Below, piece by piece: positions 57,402 through 64,000 of a stretch of 64,000 nt of DNA. Position numbers and translations under genes: made by a program. The notes beneath the pieces were generated by a model that saw only the letters and a program-made list of their open reading frames with translations, was not told the DNA's origin and did not search any database. Position 1 is the stretch's first letter, and each line of letters opens with the position of its first letter. Source of the stretch: Planctomycetota bacterium (GTDB lineage: Bacteria > Planctomycetota > UBA1135); the NCBI GenBank assembly GCA_045047305.1, contig JASFYO010000021.1, positions 1 through 64,000 of the forward strand, written 5' to 3'.

Positions 57402-57957
57402 CCATCCGCCATCCGTGAAGCGGACATCCTCTGGCTTCACTCTAGTTGAGATTATGGCTGCTGTGACTTTACTAGCAATCATTTTCACCACGGTGATGCA
57501 AATCAAGGCTGGCTCTATCGCCAAGGCCACTCATGCACGAGCTTTATCGGTAGCATCACGCCTGGGGCTGGGACTGCAGCATCAGATCGAAGCTGGCATG
57601 GTCGCAGAACTTTATGATGGATACGAAGGCGACTTTTCCGAAGATGGATTCGGTGATTTCCATTACATCATTGGTCTCGGTGATGGCAGCGCGTATTCCT
57701 CGGCCTCAGACAATGAATCCGATTCAGAGGGGATTTGGAGGCGCTTTCGCCAGACAGAAGAGGAAGACCGTGACAAGGATGCTATGCAGCCAGAATTCAC
57801 TCGGGTATTTCTCACCGTAAGCTTCCCAGATGTTCGCCAACAAGGTGAGGAAGAATCATTTACTTTAGAGAGCCTGATTGACACTTGGGCTGTATATCAA
57901 GATTTCGAACTGTACCGCACCCTCTGGCCAGAGCTAATTGGCGAAACCATCGAATGA
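57391..57957 (+). CDS. gspI: Minor pseudopilin (GspI-like)
   Basis: G/FTLVEIMAA; gene order; start ATG 57391 or GTG 57415. Confidence 0.75.
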   Translation: MIFNHPPSVKRTSSGFTLVEIMAAVTLLAIIFTTVMQIKAGSIAKATHARALSVASRLGLGLQHQIEAGMVAELYDGYEGDFSEDGFGDFHYIIGLGDGSAYSSASDNESDSEGIWRRFRQTEEEDRDKDAMQPEFTRVFLTVSFPDVRQQGEEESFTLESLIDTWAVYQDFELYRTLWPELIGETIE

Positions 57958-58826
57958 AACGCGGCTTCACTCTTTTGGAGGTCATGATTTCATTGGCCAT
58001 CATGGGCATGGTCATGGCAACTGTGATGGAAACAGTGAATCAAACCCGGTCTGCGGTGGATGCGATTCATAATATCATGGAGACCGAAAATACTGGTCCG
58101 CGCATCCTCCAAACTATCCGCCAAGATTTAGAAGCACTCGCAATCTATGATGCTGCTGAGTACAAAGTTTTCAAAGGGGTAAATCAAACTCAAATGGGCG
58201 CCGAGGCTGATCGGATTGACCTTATCGTTAGAAAGAAGGGAACGGTTCCCGTAGATTTACCTACCCGAATGGAAACTGTTTTCGCCCCTTTCAATGAAGT
58301 GGGTTATCGATTGCGTCAAAACCCACTGCGACCGGATTTCCTCGAGCTTTATCGTCGCGAGGATTCTTTGGTGGATGAGGACCCCTTCCGTGACGGGACT
58401 TTTACTTTGGTCTATGACCGGATTATCAGCTTAGATATTCGCTACGCAGAAGAACCTGAAAACCAGATCGTGTGGCTCGATTCCTGGGACAGCTATGAGC
58501 GTGAAGGGCTCCCATTTGCAATTGAGATTTATCTGGAGATTGAAATCCAGCCACGGCGCTCCTTGGAAAGCCTTAACATTTTAGGTGCCAATTTAGCGCG
58601 TCTTGAATACACCGATGTCATTCATATTCCTGAAGAGACTAGGTGGCGTTTCAGGAATCGCCTACATCCAGAATTGCCCGGTGATACTGCCGATGACCCG
58701 GGTCAAGCTGTGGACCAGAACGGGAACCCCATAGATACGACCAATGGTTTAGGGAATGGGTCCGAATCCGGATCTGTATCCGGCACTGGGACCGATACTC
58801 GCGGTACTAACAGCCTTGGCGGTTAA
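57954..58826 (+). CDS. gspJ: Minor pseudopilin (GspJ-like)
   Basis: MKRG/FTLLEVM, EVGYRL, LYRRE, WLDSWD..LP.AIEI; start ATG 57954. Confidence 0.82.
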   Translation: MKRGFTLLEVMISLAIMGMVMATVMETVNQTRSAVDAIHNIMETENTGPRILQTIRQDLEALAIYDAAEYKVFKGVNQTQMGAEADRIDLIVRKKGTVPVDLPTRMETVFAPFNEVGYRLRQNPLRPDFLELYRREDSLVDEDPFRDGTFTLVYDRIISLDIRYAEEPENQIVWLDSWDSYEREGLPFAIEIYLEIEIQPRRSLESLNILGANLARLEYTDVIHIPEETRWRFRNRLHPELPGDTADDPGQAVDQNGNPIDTTNGLGNGSESGSVSGTGTDTRGTNSLGG

Positions 58827-58910
58827 GATGGAGGGAAACCTGATTTGTCCCAACATGGACGATCAGCAGTTGCCGATTAGTAGGTTTTAGGTTTATTTCG
58901 CTTTAAGCTC

Positions 58911-60197
58911 TTAATCACCCTGCTTCCCGCGCAGAAATGTTTCTCCGCCTAAGTAGGGTTGTAAAGCGACCGGCACACGAATGGAACCGTCAGCTTCTTG
59001 ATGGTTTTCCATGAAAGCGATTAAGACTCTCGGAGAAGCAATAACAGTGTTATTTAGTGAATGGCAGAACTGAGGCTTTCCCTTCCCTTCAGGACGGTAA
59101 CGTATGTTGAGGCGACGGGTCTGGAAATCATGGAAACGGGAAGCGGAGTGAGTTTCCCCATATGAATTCCGACTAGGCATCCATGTTTCGATATCAAATT
59201 TCTGAACTTGCCCTTGCCCAAGATCGCCGGTGCAAACATTGACTACACGATAGGGAAGCTCGAGTAGATCCATGAGATCTGTGGCATGCGCAAGCATCCG
59301 CTTATGCTCCTCAAGCGACCAGGCCTTATCGTTAGGACCAAGTACCACCTGTTCCACCTTCCAAAACTGATGGACACGGTAAAGGCCTTTGGTGTCCTTA
59401 CCGTAGGTGCCGGCTTCGCGACGATAACAAGGTGACAAGGCGACCCGTCGTAATGGTAGACGGTCAAAATCTAGAGTTTCATCCGAGTGAATGGAGGTCA
59501 ATGGCACCTCGGATGTGCCAACAAGAGCGAGGTCATCGCGCTCTACCAAATAGGCCTGCTCTTCCCCACCGGGGAAATACCCAGTGCCTTCCATACATGC
59601 ACGATTCACGAGTGTTGGCACGGAAACCATTTCAAAGCCACGTTGCTGCATGTGGTCGAGAGCTAAGTTGAGTACGGCTCGTTCCAAGCGTGCAGCGTCT
59701 CCCATTAATAGGTAGTTCCGTGATCCGGCGATTTTCACTCCGCGCTTGATATCAATGATGCCGAGTTTCTCCCCCAGGTCATCGTGAGTTTGGATCTCAA
59801 AATCCTTTTTAGGAATAGGACCAGAAATGAACATTTCCACATTGCCAGTGTCATCTCGGCCATCGGGAACATCCGAGGCCGGCGGCATGGGTAAGCGCAT
59901 GGCGAAATCATGAACGACTGCGCGCAACTCGTGCTCTTGTCTTTCTAAATCTTTAAGGGACGCTTTCTTTGCGCGCTGCTTGGTCAACGCAACGTCTCGC
60001 TCCGCAGGTTCCATTTTCCCCAAAGATGAGGAAGAATGTTTCAAATCGGCACGCAAACTTTCGACCTGCTGCAGCAAAGCCCGATAGTTGCGGTCATTTT
60101 CGAGGTAAGCGTCAACCACTGTTGGGTCAAAACGTTTACGTGTTGCAGCATCACGGACTTCGTCCGCATGCTCCCTTACCCATTTGGCATCAAGCAC
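58911..60197 (-). CDS. serS: Serine--tRNA ligase
   Basis: MLD.K.VR, GTSEVPL, CYRREAG, GLYRVHQF.KVE, FDIETWMP, HSLNNT, LENHQ-like MENHQ. Confidence 0.97.
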   Translation of the reverse strand: MLDAKWVREHADEVRDAATRKRFDPTVVDAYLENDRNYRALLQQVESLRADLKHSSSSLGKMEPAERDVALTKQRAKKASLKDLERQEHELRAVVHDFAMRLPMPPASDVPDGRDDTGNVEMFISGPIPKKDFEIQTHDDLGEKLGIIDIKRGVKIAGSRNYLLMGDAARLERAVLNLALDHMQQRGFEMVSVPTLVNRACMEGTGYFPGGEEQAYLVERDDLALVGTSEVPLTSIHSDETLDFDRLPLRRVALSPCYRREAGTYGKDTKGLYRVHQFWKVEQVVLGPNDKAWSLEEHKRMLAHATDLMDLLELPYRVVNVCTGDLGQGQVQKFDIETWMPSRNSYGETHSASRFHDFQTRRLNIRYRPEGKGKPQFCHSLNNTVIASPRVLIAFMENHQEADGSIRVPVALQPYLGGETFLRGKQGD

Positions 60198-60239
60198 AGT
60201 TCTGGTGTTGGAATCGAAAGACTATTAGGAGGTGTAGGC

Positions 60240-62273
60240 TTAATTGCCTATCGAATTACTGATTTTCCCGAACCATGGATGCTTTTTAAGGCTCAACGTG
60301 ATCTCTGGTTTGTTGGTTTTGGTGCGCATTTCAAACACAGCATCCATGGGATACCACAAACGTTGCCATTGAGCCGATGCTTGGTCTCGCGTCGGCCGAA
60401 GAAGCTCTGCCGATTTCTCTACGGAACCTTTTACTTTGACCAGAATGCCAAAAAGAGGCTCTCCGATAACACGGAACCAAGACTCCCCATGAGCCCCTTT
60501 CAAGTGAAGTGACAATCCATTAATCGTAACCTCGCGACGGTCAATGATGACTTCCGCTTGGAGGGTGAAGGGACCGCCAAGTTCTAATTTGGCAACATCT
60601 TCTGGGTTGTCGGTGACGTCGATAAAGTGGGGTAGTGCTTTGCTCGGTTGAACCATCACCTCAGCCCCATCTTTGCCAATAAAACGAGCTTGCAAGAATT
60701 GATAACGCCCAACGGGGATTAACTGCTCCTTTCCTTTTCTTGCTGCAAGGTCCACCACCAAACCTTTGGTGTGGGAGGAGTTGCTCACCAGAAGAATGCT
60801 CGCCGGCTGTATTTTTTTTACTCCAGTGACCGAATATTGGATGCGGCCAAGGTTCGGATTCACTTGCGTCAGCTCAACACTACCGGGCGCATCAATCCCG
60901 GGAAGTTTTATCTCAAACCAGCGGCCTTTGGCGTCCGGCATGTAGCGTGAGAAGGGCCATGAGGCTTTACTTTTGCCCAAAGTCATGGCATCTGGCCGGT
61001 AGATGAAAACATCCTTCATCAAGCCTTCAGCCCAGATTTGCTTCATCTCTGGGTAACCGAATTGGCCATCACTGTTGGTATCGTAAAGTGTAAATTCACC
61101 AAATGGAGTTTTGCTGCGCTGGATCAATGCAGACCGGAAAAAAATCGCACCTCCATCCTCAGAAGGTTCCAGATTAATGGTGACACCTTGATAAACATCG
61201 TCAGCGGTTCCGGTGCAGAGTTCTAAAGTGAATGGACGGACAATGCCATCTGCATGTTTCCGCATAACAACGAACGACTCTGGATGTGGACCCACCCGAA
61301 AGGGTTTGGTCTCTTCGGCACCGGCTTCCAAGGTGAACTTTAATTTGTCGACTCTTATCAAGCGCACCGGAGGATTAATACCCTGGAAGGTAAATTGTTC
61401 CCCAATTTTTGGGAGGTTGTCACGGGTCCAACTGAAATGGTCGTAATCAGCAAGATCAGAACCATGGCGAATCGAACCAGGTTTTTTGTTTTTCGCGACT
61501 TCCATTGGAGATACCGAGATTTCGACTCCTTCCATAGGCAAAATCTCTTCCTTATTCACCTTATCCTCCTTCACGTATCCCCCTTCCTTAGCGTTGGGAT
61601 CCTCAATACCAAGCATGGACCGCAGCTCCGCGGTAGCTTTTTCCGCGTTGGAGAACACGACGTCATTGGTTAGGCCCAATCGTTCTCTGGACTCCACCAC
61701 TTTGAGATAAGCATCCAATGCGATCTGTGCATCAGCTCCCTCTTCGTGGTAATTCGGATGGTGCAAGTTGCCCACGATATTGTAAGCCAGGGCTGTGTAA
61801 TACATATCGCCGGTGTTCTCCAACGATGTCGCCAAATCTTTGGCATCTTCCCGTAAGGTCCGCCAGGGAACATCTTCCTTGCGCATAGCCGCAAGATGCA
61901 TTCGATTGATGCGCGGAAAATCCTTGAGCAAGAGATTTCGACGAATTTCAATCATACTCGGTGACAAACGCTGCAAATAGCGATCGTAGTTGCGTCCAAA
62001 ATCCGTGTGGTAGGTGTCATTCCAAGTTTGGATAAACAACTCCAGCCATAAATCCAAATCTGGATCGTCAGCCCCAAAAGCACGACGCCCGGCCTTGCCC
62101 ATAAAGCTGAGGACCGCATCCTCACGGTAACGTCGCAGAGCTTTCGACATGCCCTTCGAATCACCAACCTCGTTTGCCTCTAGCAGTGCCTTGGTGAACT
62201 CAATCACTTTCCCCGGATTCTGGGGAGCGGCGGCGCATAGAGGGACAAGCAGCAACAGGGTGGAAATCACCAT
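60240..62273 (-). CDS. Hypothetical secreted protein (677 aa; helical N-half, beta-rich C-half)
   Basis: Long clean ORF with a short hydrophobic N-terminus ending AAAPQ; family not recognised. Confidence 0.75.
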   Translation of the reverse strand: MVISTLLLLVPLCAAAPQNPGKVIEFTKALLEANEVGDSKGMSKALRRYREDAVLSFMGKAGRRAFGADDPDLDLWLELFIQTWNDTYHTDFGRNYDRYLQRLSPSMIEIRRNLLLKDFPRINRMHLAAMRKEDVPWRTLREDAKDLATSLENTGDMYYTALAYNIVGNLHHPNYHEEGADAQIALDAYLKVVESRERLGLTNDVVFSNAEKATAELRSMLGIEDPNAKEGGYVKEDKVNKEEILPMEGVEISVSPMEVAKNKKPGSIRHGSDLADYDHFSWTRDNLPKIGEQFTFQGINPPVRLIRVDKLKFTLEAGAEETKPFRVGPHPESFVVMRKHADGIVRPFTLELCTGTADDVYQGVTINLEPSEDGGAIFFRSALIQRSKTPFGEFTLYDTNSDGQFGYPEMKQIWAEGLMKDVFIYRPDAMTLGKSKASWPFSRYMPDAKGRWFEIKLPGIDAPGSVELTQVNPNLGRIQYSVTGVKKIQPASILLVSNSSHTKGLVVDLAARKGKEQLIPVGRYQFLQARFIGKDGAEVMVQPSKALPHFIDVTDNPEDVAKLELGGPFTLQAEVIIDRREVTINGLSLHLKGAHGESWFRVIGEPLFGILVKVKGSVEKSAELLRPTRDQASAQWQRLWYPMDAVFEMRTKTNKPEITLSLKKHPWFGKISNSIGN

Positions 62274-62303
62274 GATGGATTCTATCAGGGCGACGGAGCC
62301 CGA

Positions 62304-63098
62304 TTACCGGCTCTTTTTACGAGACTGTTGTTGAAGAAACTGTTTTTCTTTGTGACTCAAGCTTGGCATCCCCTCGCGGCTAATTTTTGCCAAGATTTTG
62401 TCCATGCGTTCATCGTCCTTAGCACTCAAATCAGCCGATTTCAGTTTTCTCTTTGCCCTCCGTTTGGCCAATATGGGCAACCAAGGAGCATCAAAACGCT
62501 GAAATCCACCGACGGCGATCCAACCAACCAAGCCCCCAGCAAGATGCACCACATTCGCTTTGCCGTCGCCTTGATTTGCCATACTTGCGAGAAGCCAAAG
62601 CGAATCCAAAACCACCAAGAACAGGAAAAAATGTAGCAATCGAACCTGTATGAAAATTAGGCTAAGCACCCGTTGCGGATACATCGCAGCTGAGGAGGCC
62701 AATACTGCAGATACTAAACCAGAAGCGCCCAAGACTGGAATTGCAAATTGGGCCGGCATCATCCAGGCGAAAAGAAGTGTTGCTCCGGCTCCAGCCAAGG
62801 CTGCCTTCAAAAGATATAGCACAAAACGTTTGCCCGGAAACAAGCGTTCGATTTCTGGGGCGAATAGCGCAAACATCCAGCCATTCATCAGAAGGTGAAA
62901 AATATTTCTGGGGTCATGCAGAAAGGTGTAGGTGACCAAACCAGGAAGTTTCAACCAATTCCCATGGAAGAGCCCCGCCGGGTCCAAGAGAAACCAAGGC
63001 GTGAGCCCAGTGGTCCACAATCCAAGCACAAAATCGACCACCCATATGGCGGCCCATAAAATTAGGAGGCGACGAACAATTGGAGTCAGAGCAATCAT
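62304..63098 (-). CDS. Rhomboid intramembrane serine protease with C-terminal 'DxILxKIxxxG' tail
   Basis: TYTFLH, HLLMN, GASG catalytic Ser, HLAGG catalytic His, [17 protein letters not shown]. Confidence 0.92.
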   Translation of the reverse strand: MIALTPIVRRLLILWAAIWVVDFVLGLWTTGLTPWFLLDPAGLFHGNWLKLPGLVTYTFLHDPRNIFHLLMNGWMFALFAPEIERLFPGKRFVLYLLKAALAGAGATLLFAWMMPAQFAIPVLGASGLVSAVLASSAAMYPQRVLSLIFIQVRLLHFFLFLVVLDSLWLLASMANQGDGKANVVHLAGGLVGWIAVGGFQRFDAPWLPILAKRRAKRKLKSADLSAKDDERMDKILAKISREGMPSLSHKEKQFLQQQSRKKSR

Positions 63099-63138
63099 GG
63101 CTTACAATCCTATTCTAGACTCTGACGCTTCAACTTCC

Positions 63139-64000
63139 ATGACTACCTCTTCCTCTTCCGCACAAATCCTCGACGGCAAGGCGCTGTCGATTCAAGTACT
63201 TGACGAGCTGCAATCTATCGTGGCGGCAAGGAAGGTTGCCGGTAAATCCCAGCCTGGGCTTGCTACGATTTTGGTGGGCGAAGACCCAGCTTCGCATATT
63301 TATGTTCGTAATAAGCGCAGAGCGTGCGAAAAGGTAGGAGTTGTTAGTTTCCACCACGAACTGCCTGCAGAAACTGGCCAAGCGGAATTGCTAGAACTCA
63401 TTGCGGCCCTTAATGCAGATGACAACGTACACGGGATCCTAGTCCAACTTCCCTTGCCACGCGACTTCGATTACAACGAAAACGATGTTCTTGCGGCGAT
63501 CGATCCGCAAAAAGATGCCGATGGCTTTCATCCTTACAATCAAGGTGCCTTACTTCAAGGCCGAATAGCACCTATCCCCTGCACGCCCAAAGGGGTTATG
63601 CGCTTGCTAGATTTAGCCAAGCTCGACTTGTCTGGTTTGCATGCGGTCGTGGTGGGACGCAGCAATATTGTAGGTAAGCCGGTAGCCTTGTTACTGCTGG
63701 CCCGCCACATGACCGTCACTATTTGCCACTCCCGCACGAAAAACTTAGCAGCCGAGGTAAGACGAGCCGACGTTGTAGTGGCCGCCGTTGGGGTTGCTGA
63801 ATTGGTGCAAGGCGATTGGGTCAAACCTGGAGCAGTGGTGCTCGATGTTGGCATTAACCGTAACACAGAAGGAAAACTAGTAGGTGACGTAGATTTCCAT
63901 GCTGCTGCGCAACACGCTGCCTGGATCACCCCAGTCCCCGGCGGGGTTGGTCCAATGACCATCGGAATGCTGCTGCAAAATACTGTGGAAGCAGCTAGTC
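63139..64000 (+). CDS. folD: Bifunctional methylenetetrahydrofolate dehydrogenase/cyclohydrolase, 3'-truncated
   Basis: Manual translation [14 protein letters not shown]...[15 protein letters not shown]...GILVQLPLP...KDADGFHP...PCTPKG...GRSNIVGKP...[11 protein letters not shown]; absent from the ORF track (no stop in the window). Confidence 0.96.
   Translation, partial: MTTSSSSAQILDGKALSIQVLDELQSIVAARKVAGKSQPGLATILVGEDPASHIYVRNKRRACEKVGVVSFHHELPAETGQAELLELIAALNADDNVHGILVQLPLPRDFDYNENDVLAAIDPQKDADGFHPYNQGALLQGRIAPIPCTPKGVMRLLDLAKLDLSGLHAVVVGRSNIVGKPVALLLLARHMTVTICHSRTKNLAAEVRRADVVVAAVGVAELVQGDWVKPGAVVLDVGINRNTEGKLVGDVDFHAAAQHAAWITPVPGGVGPMTIGMLLQNTVEAAS

Noticed and set aside
58827..58910. 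Imperfect hairpin between convergent gspJ and serS
   Set aside because: Weak, bulged stem without an adjacent U-tract; cannot be called a terminator or ncRNA.
1..64000. CRISPR arrays, IS elements, prophage, rRNA, long tandem repeats
   Set aside because: None seen; nearly all sequence is accounted for by tightly packed genes, and the numerous antisense ORFs in the track are shadows of real CDSs.

Overview
A gene-dense, mostly housekeeping bacterial window, most likely from a Planctomycetota genome. The assignment is inferred from a Minf_1886/TIGR04138-type gene, a eukaryote-type UDP-HexNAc pyrophosphorylase and a YrdC-phosphatase fusion. In order it holds: the fatty-acid operon rpmF-plsX-fabH-fabD-fabG-acpP-fabF; alaS and recA; ssrA(tmRNA)-smpB; tRNA-Leu/Trp/Val with rsmG and pcnB; a large secreted clan GH-A glycosidase; HtrA; a moaC-accBC-nucleotide-sugar-glmS run; an S41 protease; tmk-holB; a PGRP-like amidase; uppP, ald, yggS, a Ser/Thr kinase and purN; a Gld-like ABC operon; a solitary dnaK; a sensorless histidine kinase with a sigma-54 activator; a YrdC-LMW-phosphatase fusion; a PTS EIIA; a partial type II secretion cluster (gspDEFGHIJ); serS; a rhomboid protease; and folD (truncated). 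I saw no mobile element, CRISPR array or prophage. The most interesting signals are regulatory. Correctly spaced sigma-54 (-24/-12) promoters lie in front of dnaK and of the Gld-like ABC operon, directly downstream of the sigma-54 two-component pair. Other signals are very short signal peptides ending at Gln, leaderless-type starts, and an operator-like palindrome before recA. All calls come from motif recognition by eye; no database searches were run.
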